A DNA stretch of 64,000 nucleotides from an uncultured Gemmataceae bacterium (GCA_963750165.1 CAVVPN010000011.1:1408001-1472000), one strand, 5' to 3'. Shown: positions 42,085 through 52,240, counted from the stretch's first letter. The notes: generated from the letters alone by a model not told the origin. Numbers and translations are program-made.

Positions 42085-42094
42085 GCGGACAACC

Positions 42095-42544
42095 TCATGG
42101 GGTCGGTGGGGCGGGGTCAGGGGCGGTCCAGTCCTCGACGCGCAGGCCGGGCACCTTGCGGAAGTCGGCCAGGTTGCGCGAGAGCAGCGTCGCGTCGTGG
42201 GCCAGGGCGATGGCGGCGATTTTCAGGTCCATGGTGCCGATGCGGAGTTTCGCCTTGACCAGTTCCTGATACTTCACAGCGGCGGGTTGATCGAATTTCA
42301 GAACGTTCCGGTCACAGAAATCGATCAACAGGTCACTCAAGCGGCCATAAGCGACGATCTGCCGCTCCGGTGTTTTCGTCTTGGCGATTTGCGCCAACCA
42401 GCCCCGGCATTGTTCCTCAAAACTGATAATGGTGGCAAACACCGTCGCTTGGTCGATCCCATCCAGCCGTGCTAGCAGTCGCGCATACTCCACCCCATCG
42501 GGGTGTTGGACCAGGGTGATGACATCCGTGTCAAGGACCAGCAT
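42095..42544 (-). CDS. vapC: PIN-domain (VapC-like) toxin
   Basis: LVLDTD, TIISFEE, GTMDLKIAAIAL...TLLSRN..DF.KVPGL.VEDW. Confidence 0.9.
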   Translation of the reverse strand: MLVLDTDVITLVQHPDGVEYARLLARLDGIDQATVFATIISFEEQCRGWLAQIAKTKTPERQIVAYGRLSDLLIDFCDRNVLKFDQPAAVKYQELVKAKLRIGTMDLKIAAIALAHDATLLSRNLADFRKVPGLRVEDWTAPDPAPPTP

Positions 42545-42807
42545 TATTTCTTCTTCCCTTCAGCTTTCTTCGCTTTCTTTTTCTTCTTCTTGGCACCGGG
42601 ACGGAGCGATTCGCGATACTCCCGGCCCAGGCGCACCATCTCTTCAAACCCCGGGTCGTCCTTGAACCGCCCGGCCCCCCCCTCCGGTGTCCACCAGGGG
42701 GCTTTGTTCGGAGGCTCGGTTTGGCCGTTTTTCGCCACCTGCGTTTTCAGTTCTTCGACCTGCTTTTCCAGCGCCTCCACACGCCGCGCCAGTTCTTCCA
42801 CAGTCAT
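42544..42807 (-). CDS. Putative antitoxin (coiled coil, Lys-rich tail)
   Basis: MTVEELARRVEALEKQV...PWW....GRFKDDPGFEEMVRLGREYRES; stop overlaps the toxin start. Confidence 0.8.
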   Translation of the reverse strand: MTVEELARRVEALEKQVEELKTQVAKNGQTEPPNKAPWWTPEGGAGRFKDDPGFEEMVRLGREYRESLRPGAKKKKKKAKKAEGKKK

Positions 42808-42836
42808 GGTCCCGTCCTCCCCGCCGCTCACCGGCG

Positions 42837-44291
42837 TCAGTCCCGCAGCTTGAAAGAGACGTACTTCGTCTCCAGATACGCCTCCAACCCCTCGTGGCCC
42901 AGCTCGCGGCCCATACCGCTCTCCTTCATGCCGCCGAACGGGCACTGCGGCGTCGCCGGCACCGGATCGTTGACGCCGATGATGCCCGCCTCCAGCCCCT
43001 CCGCCATCTTCCACGCCACCGTCAAATCATTCGTGAACACGTACGCCGCCAGTCCGTAGCGCGTGTTGTTTGCCGCCCGGATCACCTCGTCCAGGTTGCT
43101 GAAGTTCAGCAGCGGCATCACCGGCGCGAATGGCTCCTCCGTCAGCAGCTTCGTCTGCGGCGGTACGTCCGCCAGCACCGTCGGCTCGAAGAAGTAGCCC
43201 TTGGGGAACTTGTCGCTGCGCTTGCCGCCGGTCAGGATTTTCGCACCACACTTGCGCGCGTCCTCGACCAGGCCGAGCGTGTTCTCCATCGCCCGCTTCT
43301 CGAACATCGGCCCGACCTCGACGCCCGCGTCCAGGCCGTTGCCGAGCTTCAGCTGCTTCGCGAACTCGACCACCGCCTCGGTGAACTTCTTCTGCACATC
43401 CTTGTGGACGAAGAAGCGGCTCGGGGCAATGCATACCTGACCGTTGTTGCGGAACTTGCCCATGACCGCGATCTTGGCTCCGACCTCCGGGTCCGCGTCC
43501 GGGAAGACGATGAACGGCGCGTGGCCGCCCAGCTCCAGGCTCAGGCGCTTCACCTGGTCCGCGGCCCCCTTCATCAGCTGCTTGCCCACCTCCGTCGAGC
43601 CGGTGAAGCTGATCTTGCGCACGGCCGGGTTCTCCAGGAACTCGTCGGCGATCTCCTGGGCGGGGCCGAGCACCAGGTTGGCGACGCCAGCCGGCAGCCC
43701 GGCCTCGACCAGGCACTCGAAGACCTGCACGAGACAGAGGGGAGTCTGGCTGGCGGGCTTGCAGACGATGGTGCAGCCAGCCGCCAGCGCCGGCGCGAGT
43801 TTGCGCGATTGCAGCGTGATCGGGAAGTTCCACGGGCTGATGGCCCCGACGACGCCGACCGGGTGCTTGAGCGTCACGTGCCGCTTGCCCGGTGCCGAGT
43901 TCGGGATCAGCTGGCCGTAAGCACGCTTGCCCTCCTCGGCGAACCACTCGAAGGTGTCGGCGGAGTGCAGGATTTCGGCCTTCGACTCCGCGAGCGGCTT
44001 GCCCTGTTCGAGCGTCAGGGTGCGAGCGATGGCGTCAGCGCGTTCGCGCATCAGCTCGGCGGTCTTCTTGAGCACCCTGGCCCGGTCCCAGGCGGTGAGC
44101 TTCATCCACGCGGGCATGGCCTTGGCCGCGGCCTCGACCGCCCGCCGCGCCTCGGGGCGACCGCCGTAGGCCATCTCGGCCAGCACCTCTTCCGTCGCCG
44201 GATTGATGACGCCCAGGGTGCGGCCGTTGTCGGCGTCCACCCACTTGCCGTCGATGAACATGCGCTTGCTGGTGGCGGTCGCGGTGGCCAT
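42837..44291 (-). CDS. gabD: NAD(P)-dependent succinate-semialdehyde dehydrogenase-like ALDH
   Basis: PWNFP, FTGSTEVGK, LELGGHAP, KFRN.GQ.C, EEPFAP, PFGGMKESG.GRE, YLETK. Confidence 0.85.
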   Translation of the reverse strand: MATATATSKRMFIDGKWVDADNGRTLGVINPATEEVLAEMAYGGRPEARRAVEAAAKAMPAWMKLTAWDRARVLKKTAELMRERADAIARTLTLEQGKPLAESKAEILHSADTFEWFAEEGKRAYGQLIPNSAPGKRHVTLKHPVGVVGAISPWNFPITLQSRKLAPALAAGCTIVCKPASQTPLCLVQVFECLVEAGLPAGVANLVLGPAQEIADEFLENPAVRKISFTGSTEVGKQLMKGAADQVKRLSLELGGHAPFIVFPDADPEVGAKIAVMGKFRNNGQVCIAPSRFFVHKDVQKKFTEAVVEFAKQLKLGNGLDAGVEVGPMFEKRAMENTLGLVEDARKCGAKILTGGKRSDKFPKGYFFEPTVLADVPPQTKLLTEEPFAPVMPLLNFSNLDEVIRAANNTRYGLAAYVFTNDLTVAWKMAEGLEAGIIGVNDPVPATPQCPFGGMKESGMGRELGHEGLEAYLETKYVSFKLRD

Positions 44292-44430
44292 GTGTCGGTC
44301 CTTTTGCCAGAGAAATTGGGCGATGCCTGGGGCCTGTCTCCCCGTATTGTAACCGGGTCAATCTAGGGTTGAAACCGGTGCAGTCAAGCGCCGGCGGCAC
44401 GGTCCGTCCCTGCCGGGCGGCGTCTGACCG

Positions 44431-44480
44431 AGCAAGGGAGCCAAGGGAGCCAAGGGAGCCAACTTTTTCACACGTCGAGA
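44431..44480 (+). repeat. 9-bp tandem repeat plus conserved tail; inverted copy at 54292-54341
   Basis: agcaagggag-ccaagggag-ccaagggag-ccaactttttcacacgtcgaga. Confidence 0.85.
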
Positions 44481-44540
44481 TCCGGCGTTGGTGCAGGAAT
44501 GGCACTCACTGGCACTCCAACACCAGGCGAAGGGTGGCGG

Positions 44541-44881
44541 TCAACTGGGATCGCTATTGCCGCACTCCGTGTCCATGTCGGCGCCACAGAAGGGGCAGAA
44601 CCGGATTCGCGGATTGAGTCGAAAGGGGTTGAGATGAAAACCCTGGTCTGCCAGGACCAAATGGGTCAGCCGGTTGCGACAGCAGGGGCAGCGGATGCCG
44701 AACACGTAGGCGCCGGCCATCGTCAGCCAGGCGATCGCGAAACCAACGACGCCGCAGATCATCACGTCCCCGGGCAACCCGAACCCCTGCCAGGCCGCAA
44801 ACGAAAGCGCGAACAGACCAGCACCGAAATACATCACGGCCATGACCAGCCGCTTTTGCCGGTTGAGAACGTCACGCACGG

Positions 44882-44885
<4 letters not shown>
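44541..44885 (-). CDS. Small two-TM protein with C-terminal Zn ribbon
   Basis: Two hydrophobic segments, then RCPCC...FCPFCG; ATGA-coupled to the upstream ALDH. Confidence 0.7.
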
Positions 44886-46342
<1,457 letters not shown>

Positions 46343-46359
46343 GGGGGCCTCCCTTTCAA

Positions 46360-46414
46360 AAGGAGGAAGGAGGAACCAGAAAAGCCTATCTGATTCTATT
46401 CCTCCTTCCTCCTT
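46360..46414. repeat. Purine/pyrimidine inverted repeat in a divergent intergenic region
   Basis: aaggaggaaggaggaa ... ttcctccttcctcctt. Confidence 0.8.
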
Positions 46415-46498
46415 CTGAAGTGTCGTGCTTGCTTGGCCAGCGGGGACGGCCTAAAATCGCAATGGTTCGTGGCGACCCCCTTCCCCCGGAACCTCCCC

Positions 46499-47260
46499 AT
46501 GCAACCGCACGACCTGCGCCGGCTCCTTGAAGAACTCCAGGCGGGGCAGCTCAGCGTGGACGCGGCGCTGACGCAGCTGCAGGCGCCGCCGCCGGTGGCG
46601 GACCTCGGCTTCGCCCATGTCGATCTGCAGCGCCACCAGCGCTGTGGCTTCCCGGAAGTCATCTTCTGCGAGGGCAAAACACCGGAATGGGTGCTCGGAG
46701 TGGTCCGCCAGCTGGTGGCCGCGAAGCAGGATTGCCTGGCGACGCGCGTCAGCATCGCGCAGGCGCAGGCGCTGGCCGAGGAGTTCCCGCAGGCGCAACA
46801 GGACGCGGTGGCGCGGACGTTCTGGCTGCCGGCGGGGCAGCCGGGGCCGCTGCTGGGCCGCGTGGTCGTCATCACCGCGGGCACCAGTGATTTGCCGGTG
46901 GCGCGCGAGGCGGTGGTGACAGCACAGGCGCTGGGCTGCGATGTGGGGCTGCTGGCGGACGTGGGCGTCGCCGGCATCCACCGCCTGCTGCGGCAGCGCG
47001 AGCGCTTTCAGGACGCCGACGTGCTGGTGGTGGTGGCCGGCATGGACGGGGCGCTGCCGAGCGTGGTCGGCGGCCTGGTGGACTGCCCGGTGATCGCGGT
47101 GCCGACCAGCGTCGGCTACGGGGCGGCCTTCGGTGGGCTGGCAGCGCTGCTGACGATGCTGAACAGCTGCTCGGCGAACGTGGTGGTGGTGAACATCGAC
47201 AGCGGCTTCAAGGGTGGCTATGTCGCGGCGCTGACGGCGCGGCGGGCGGCGCGGCGCTGA
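46499..47260 (+). CDS. larB: LarB-like (PurE-related) nickel-pincer cofactor biosynthesis protein
   Basis: G.PEVIF.EGKT, TAGTSD.PVA.EA, DVGVAGIHRL, AGMDGALPSVVGGL, PTSVGYGA, MLNSC...V.VVNID.GF. Confidence 0.92.
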   Translation: MQPHDLRRLLEELQAGQLSVDAALTQLQAPPPVADLGFAHVDLQRHQRCGFPEVIFCEGKTPEWVLGVVRQLVAAKQDCLATRVSIAQAQALAEEFPQAQQDAVARTFWLPAGQPGPLLGRVVVITAGTSDLPVAREAVVTAQALGCDVGLLADVGVAGIHRLLRQRERFQDADVLVVVAGMDGALPSVVGGLVDCPVIAVPTSVGYGAAFGGLAALLTMLNSCSANVVVVNIDSGFKGGYVAALTARRAARR

Positions 47261-47267
47261 TGGCCCG

Positions 47268-47657
47268 TCAGCGCTTGCACGTACCTTCGACACAGGCGCG
47301 CCCGCGGCGCCGCGGCAGATAGGGCCGCACCCTGGCGAAAACGAGGTAGCCCACGGTCAGCAGCGCGTGGGCCCCCGGCAGTCGTCCCAGGCGCGCCAGC
47401 CAGCGGTAGCGCGGCAGCGCTTCCCACAGGGCGAGGAACACGTCCACGCCAGTGATGATGTCATCTCCCAGCCGGCCGTGCATGACGGCGTGCAGACGCC
47501 GCGGGTCGAGACCGTGGCGGGCGGCGTCGAAGTCCGGGTCGGTGATGTCGATGAAGGCGACGGGCTCGTCGCGCACCTGTCGGCGATAATGGGCGATCTC
47601 GCGCGAGCAGAGTGGGCACAGGCCGTCGTAGAACAATGTCAGTGGTTTGGTGCTCAT
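47268..47657 (-). CDS. DCC/DUF393 thiol-disulfide oxidoreductase-family protein
   Basis: LFYDGLCPLCSREI, F.DI, GVD.F..LW, Y..FAR.R. Confidence 0.88.
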   Translation of the reverse strand: MSTKPLTLFYDGLCPLCSREIAHYRRQVRDEPVAFIDITDPDFDAARHGLDPRRLHAVMHGRLGDDIITGVDVFLALWEALPRYRWLARLGRLPGAHALLTVGYLVFARVRPYLPRRRGRACVEGTCKR

Positions 47658-48638
47658 ATGGGGAGAGAACCGCGATCCGGCTCGATTCATAACCGCTTCC
47701 CCGCCCTGGCCGCGGCGCGGGCCTGGTCCGAGGCGGCTCTGGCGCGGCTGCGGGTGGCGCTGGCGGACCTCGGCCGGGACTGGCCGGAGGTGGCGACGGT
47801 GGCGGTGTCCGGCTCGCTCGGCCGCCTTGAAGCGGGGCCGCACTCCGACGCGGACGTGCTCGTCATCCTGAGCACAGCAGCGTCGGACGATGGGGCCGCC
47901 GAACTGATGCAGGTTATCTGGGACGCCCTCGCCCGGGCAGACTTGCCGCGGCCGAAGCCGACCGGCATCTACGCCACGCCCGCGACGGTCGCAGACCTGT
48001 GCTCGACCGCCACCCTCGGTCAGATCGCGGAGGATGTGCCGACGTTCGGCAAACGCCTGCAATTGCTGCTCGACGCCCGGCCCGTCTACCGCCCCGACGC
48101 TTGCCGCGACCTGCAGGCGGCCGTGCTGCGGCGCTACGCGACGGGCTTCGGCAACTGGGACCACCTGCTCGATGACCTGATCCGCTACTTCCGTTCGCTG
48201 CGCGTGCGGGACCGGTGGTATTTCGACTCCGGCAAGGGCGGCTGGTACACGCGCAGCGTCAAGTCGGAGCATAGCCGGCTGCTGCTGTACGCGGGGCTGC
48301 TGCTGCCGCTGGGCGGGGCTGGCGAGCGGTTGGCGGAGTATGTGGCGCTGACGCCGCTGGAGCGCGTCGCCCGGGTGTACGCGGAGCACGGCGACCCGCA
48401 CTTCGAGCGCGTGGCGGTCGCGTATGAGCGCTTCCTGGCGGTGCTGGCGGACCCGGAGCAGCGCGCCCGCCTGGGTGCGGAGCCGCCGGCCACGGTCGCC
48501 GACTTGTGCCGGGCCGCGCCGCTGGGGTACGATGAATTGCTGGCGAACGCCCGTGGGCTGCGGCGTGAGTTGCTTCGCTTCGTGCTGGCCCGGCAGGCGG
48601 ATTGGGGCGCGGACTTCATGGCCCGTGTCTTCTTTTAG
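47658..48638 (+). CDS. Pol-beta superfamily nucleotidyltransferase (start uncertain)
   Basis: GSLGRLEAGPHSDAD.LVI signature followed by a helical domain (R.QLLLDARP, LLDDLIRYFRS). Confidence 0.78.
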   Translation: MGREPRSGSIHNRFPALAAARAWSEAALARLRVALADLGRDWPEVATVAVSGSLGRLEAGPHSDADVLVILSTAASDDGAAELMQVIWDALARADLPRPKPTGIYATPATVADLCSTATLGQIAEDVPTFGKRLQLLLDARPVYRPDACRDLQAAVLRRYATGFGNWDHLLDDLIRYFRSLRVRDRWYFDSGKGGWYTRSVKSEHSRLLLYAGLLLPLGGAGERLAEYVALTPLERVARVYAEHGDPHFERVAVAYERFLAVLADPEQRARLGAEPPATVADLCRAAPLGYDELLANARGLRRELLRFVLARQADWGADFMARVFF

Positions 48639-48847
48639 CGCTGGTGTCCAACGGTGTCATCACCGCCGAACGCCCCGCGTTCATTGCTTGCAGAAATGCA
48701 GCAGGCCATCAATTGTAGACGCCCGTGGCGTGGTCCGGGATGGTCACGGCGGGACACGCGAGTTTCGCGGAGGTGCGTTCCCGAACCGGCGTCGGTCGGC
48801 AAGGAAAATTCTTGCTTTTGTTCAAACGCCCTGTACCGTGGGTGTTC

Positions 48848-48957
48848 GGCGAACGAATACCGGAATAGGCGAACGAAGGACTGGATTAGGCGAACGAAAG
48901 GCCGGAATGGGCAAATGAGCGGCTGCAGGTTACTTTAGGCTAATCCAATAGTTATGC
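48848..48957 (+). other. attI-like integron recombination site with 20-21-bp-period direct repeats
   Basis: GGCGAACGAA at 48848, 48868 and 48889 (degenerate at 48910), then GGCTAAT and core GTTATGC (48951-48957), 13 nt before the first cassette ORF. Confidence 0.7.
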
Positions 48958-48970
48958 GTCGGAGGGGCGG

Positions 48971-49525
48971 ATGTTCGGTTGGTTTAAGAAGAAGCCTCGA
49001 CTCGCACTCGCTTCGACTGAGGAGCGCGAGGCGATTCTGGCCAAGCAGCACTCGGTCTTCCGCGAGGTCGATGCCGCGTTCCATGCGTACCTCGAAGTCG
49101 TTACCGCTAATCCGCAGTGGGACGATGGTCAGATCGAACAAGAAATGGTCATCCGAGGCATCGCTGCAGCACTGGCCGAGGAGTGCGTCACGTTTGGCCC
49201 GATGGCGTGGGGGCGCGAAGTGGTCGAGCAACTTAGCGTGAGTTGTAGCCCGCTATTCCGCCTCCACAGCATGATCGACGGCACGGAGCGCGACCTGCCG
49301 CTCGCTAACGAGTTGGCCTACGCTTGGGCGCGGGCGATGATCGGACTTTACCGCATACCGGACCGCAACGAGGTATTCAAACTTGTGGCCGGCCGGAGCG
49401 CCGAGTTGGATGCTGTCAACAACGCCCTCAACGGTGGGGCGTCCGCGGCGAGCTTGCGAGAATGCAAGATGCAGCCATCGATCGTCCATTTTCGGCGTAG
49501 AATTGCGAAGGAAGCTGACGCATAA
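48971..49525 (+). CDS. Cassette 1 hypothetical protein
   Basis: GGAGG RBS; 184 aa; stop TAA lies inside the attC inverse core GCATAAC. Confidence 0.8.
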   Translation: MFGWFKKKPRLALASTEEREAILAKQHSVFREVDAAFHAYLEVVTANPQWDDGQIEQEMVIRGIAAALAEECVTFGPMAWGREVVEQLSVSCSPLFRLHSMIDGTERDLPLANELAYAWARAMIGLYRIPDRNEVFKLVAGRSAELDAVNNALNGGASAASLRECKMQPSIVHFRRRIAKEADA

Positions 49526-49616
49526 CTAACGGCTGAAGCTGACCGGGGCCGCCATCTTGGTTCTTCGAGCTTTACGTTCTTGCAGGCGGCCCCGGCAGCT
49601 TAGCCGAGCGTTCGGC
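49520..49616 (+). other. attC site 1
   Basis: GCATAAC ... ccggggccgcc/ggcggccccgg stem ... GTTCGGC. GCATAAC is the exact reverse complement of GTTATGC at the cassette start. Confidence 0.85.
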
Positions 49617-49633
49617 CACCGGAGGGCGCGCAG

Positions 49634-50242
49634 ATGCGGCAGGGGCAGGTGCGGGCGGCGGCCGAACGGAACCAGGCGGCTCTACATCGCCACTGATCGA
49701 TCTCGAAACGAGGTACTGGAGTACGGCATCGACTGTTGGCCGAGGCGGATTCTTCCGGCCGTCGCCCGAGCGATCGAGGCAGAGGCAGACCCGGCTCGCA
49801 AGTAACTGTTGGAAGCAAACTACACTCTGTTCACATACCAAGACCTGAGCGGGCCATACTGGGAGCCTGCCGACGAGTATTCGACGGCTCCGGGCTCCGC
49901 TCCTCTTCTGGAAACCTTGACGAACGATCAGGCAGATTCCATCGAGCACAACCCGCCCGAGGTGTCGCTGGTCGTCAGCCCGGAGGAAGCGTTACGGCAA
50001 CTCCGGACGATCCCGCACCAGCGGTGCCAGGATGCGATCCCGAACAACTGGACGCTGTAGGGGACGAGACTGTCACCCCGCAGAGCGTGGCTTGGCTCTA
50101 CTGCTGGGGCGAAACCGGGATGAACAGCCGCAAAGCCGCGGCCGCCTCCCGTCGAGTGTTCGACGCCATCTTCGACGTGCCGTTCGCAGATTACGATGAG
50201 CTGGTAGACCACAATGAGGCGCGCGGCGATCGATACCGATAG
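49634..50242 (+). pseudogene. Cassette 2 gene, degraded (in-frame TAA at 49803 plus two frame changes)
   Basis: RBS GGAGG and ATG 49634. Protein-like segments run consecutively through ORFs 49557-49805, 49809-50060 and 49736-50242. Confidence 0.5.
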
Positions 50243-50431
50243 GCGCCGCCGGTTTCTCGTGAGACAGCGCACTTACAGACGGCCTTCGCGGCGCAGCCTT
50301 CGCCTTCAGCCCCGGTGAGCGCATAGGAAGGCGAACCGCCGGAGTGGGGGGGGGACGGTCCTCTTGACGGCTGAGGGGCGAAGCAGGAAGATGAAGCGGC
50401 GGATGACGACAGGTAGCCGAGGGCAAGACCC

Positions 50432-50689
50432 ATGTGGCGGGTGATAGTTCGCATCTCCTTCTTTCGTGACCGTGGATCCCGCTTGAGGAACCACGTCGCT
50501 GCGTTCTTCACCACGATGGGGCTACAGAACACTCGCACAGGTACGTGGGAGTCCTCGGCCGTCGGCCTCGCACAAGCAGCGACCCAGATGAATCTTGTGC
50601 TCCAGGCGCTCGCCAACCCCCAAGCTGTGCCTAGCGTCCATCCACAGGCGGCGCTGAACCATCTCTGGGTCTACATTGATCGTGCATAG
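50432..50689 (+). CDS. Small hypothetical cassette protein
   Basis: 85 aa with GAGG RBS; possible TTGACG -35 box at ~50364. Confidence 0.65.
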   Translation: MWRVIVRISFFRDRGSRLRNHVAAFFTTMGLQNTRTGTWESSAVGLAQAATQMNLVLQALANPQAVPSVHPQAALNHLWVYIDRA

Positions 50690-50698
50690 GAGGGCGAT

Positions 50699-50908
50699 AT
50701 GACTCAAGCCCCGTACTTCATCATCAGCGAAACCACTGAGGATCGCTTCGACGAGGCTGATAGTCTCGAAGAGGCGCTCCGCATCGCACGGGAATTGGTG
50801 AAAGAGAGCCAGGCCGGTGACCCGGTGTCGATCGAGCATAACGGGAGAGTAATCCGTCAGCTCGTGTTGACCCCGGACGGAGAAGTCGAAGAGGAACCCA
50901 CCGAGTGA
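50699..50908 (+). CDS. Small acidic hypothetical cassette protein
   Basis: 69 aa; AGGAGG RBS overlapping the previous stop; strongly acidic. Confidence 0.7.
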   Translation: MTQAPYFIISETTEDRFDEADSLEEALRIARELVKESQAGDPVSIEHNGRVIRQLVLTPDGEVEEEPTE

Positions 50909-50957
50909 CGGCCAGAACGAACTCGCTCGCATTCCTGTCAGGTGCGGGCGGGACAGA

Positions 50958-51054
50958 GGCGAACCAAACGCTACAGCAGACAGGGGCCGCATTACGGTTT
51001 TGCGCGCTTCAACGCCCCTCCAGCGGCCCCGGCTGTTGAGCTGGGGCGTTAGCC
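50958..51054 (+). other. attC site 2
   Basis: GGCGAAC ... ggggccgc/gcggcccc stem ... GTTAGCC. Same length (97 bp) and architecture as attC 1. Confidence 0.82.
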
Positions 51055-51068
51055 GGCGGAGAAACAGC

Positions 51069-51578
51069 ATGACTGCGAATGAGCGTGCAGCCCAAATCTG
51101 GCCAGTCTTGGCGCTGGCTGCACACAACCGCCAGGTGCTCACTTACGAGATGGTCGCTCGGCTCACCGGGATCGCCCGTGTCGGTCTCGGCCAATGCCTC
51201 GAGCCCATCCAGTCCTATTGCCTGGTCAAGAGCCTGAGCCCCCTAACGATCCTCGTCGTCAGCGAGAAGACCGGGATGCCGGGGGTTGGATTCGTCGCCG
51301 CCCAGGATATACCGCGTGCGCAGCAAGAAGTCTTCAATTACGACTGGCTCGCCCACGGGGGGCCTTCTCCGGAGAGCTTCGAGGCTGCGGTGCGGGAACG
51401 GCCGTCCAACGGTATGATCCAGGTGCCGGCGACCCATCCGGACTTGCGGCAAACGGCTTCCGGTGTTCATGAACTGCCGCGGGTTCGCGTCGGGAGCCCG
51501 CGCCTGGCGGAACCCGAGCGTGCGGCCGACTTCACGATGGAGGTCGCCGAGGAGCACCCACATGCCGGCCTACGATGA
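51069..51578 (+). CDS. Cassette hypothetical protein (winged-helix-like N-part; C-tail possibly from another gene)
   Basis: GGAG RBS; QIWPVL..AA.NRQVLTY..VA.LTG, L.PIQSYC...L.PLT.LVV...G.PG.GF. Confidence 0.7.
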   Translation: MTANERAAQIWPVLALAAHNRQVLTYEMVARLTGIARVGLGQCLEPIQSYCLVKSLSPLTILVVSEKTGMPGVGFVAAQDIPRAQQEVFNYDWLAHGGPSPESFEAAVRERPSNGMIQVPATHPDLRQTASGVHELPRVRVGSPRLAEPERAADFTMEVAEEHPHAGLR

Positions 51579-51957
51579 TGGCCGCTTCGCCCCCGCGGCG
51601 CCGGTCGCCAGAGTCAGCCTTCGGCATCCGGAGAGCGGGGCGAGCAGCGCGGATGTCTTCATGCTCATCGACTCGGGTGCGGATGCCACATGATTGCCGG
51701 AATCCGCCAGCGCCTCTCTCGGCCTGGCAGGCGCGGGCGAGAGGTATGGGCTGGTGGCGTTCGACGGCACGACCACGGAGGCGGAGGCTGTCCACGCCGT
51801 CCTCGTGTTTCTCGACAAGACGTTCCGCGGTCTCTTCCTCCCGGTGGCGTCCGAGGTCGGGGTCAGCGGCCGCAATGTCTTGAACCGGGTCCGGTTGTTG
51901 CTGGATGGCCCGGCATTAACCTGGGAGGAATTACCGCAAGCGCCAAAAGACGGCTAA
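51562..51957 (+). pseudogene. Retropepsin-like aspartic protease with in-frame TGA at 51691-51693
   Basis: GAGGAG RBS; MPAYD...LIDSGADAT*LP...GRNVLN...LLDGP; final TAA lies inside the attC inverse core GGCTAAC. Confidence 0.75.
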
Positions 51958-52012
51958 CGCTCAAGATCAGCGGCCCGCCGACAGGCGGGTCCGCTGCATC
52001 ACTTTGTTAGCG
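51952..52012 (+). other. attC site 3 (short, 61 bp)
   Basis: GGCTAAC...gatcagcggcccgcc-gaca-ggcgggtccgctgcatc...GTTAGCG. GGCTAAC is the exact reverse complement of GTTAGCC at 51048. Confidence 0.85.
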
Positions 52013-52240
52013 TGCCGACGCCACGGCCGTCTCCGACCCCGCGGCGCGGACGACCGGCGTCAGCTCCACCAGCGGCGACGCCGGCGACTCCTCACAGGCC
52101 GTGCGCGTCGGCGGCCCATACGCCGCCCGCGACTCAATCGGCCGCCGGCTCACGAACAGCGGGTCCGCCGGGATGCGCGGCCCTGACCCCTGACAACCGA
52201 CGGCGCCCAGCAGCGCCCCGAGCAACAGCAGCCGTTTCAT
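52007..52240 (-). CDS. Small lipoprotein
   Basis: MKRLLLLGALLGAVGC lipobox; ATGA-coupled to the peptidase gene. Confidence 0.75.
   Translation of the reverse strand: MKRLLLLGALLGAVGCQGSGPRIPADPLFVSRRPIESRAAYGPPTRTACEESPASPLVELTPVVRAAGSETAVASAR

Noticed and set aside
46499..47260. larB as a lactate racemase system
   Set aside because: larA, larC and larE are absent from the window; dispersed larB genes are common.
48848..48920. Direct repeats read as a mini CRISPR array
   Set aside because: The period is only 20-21 bp with ~10-bp repeats, there are no cas genes, and the context fits attI.
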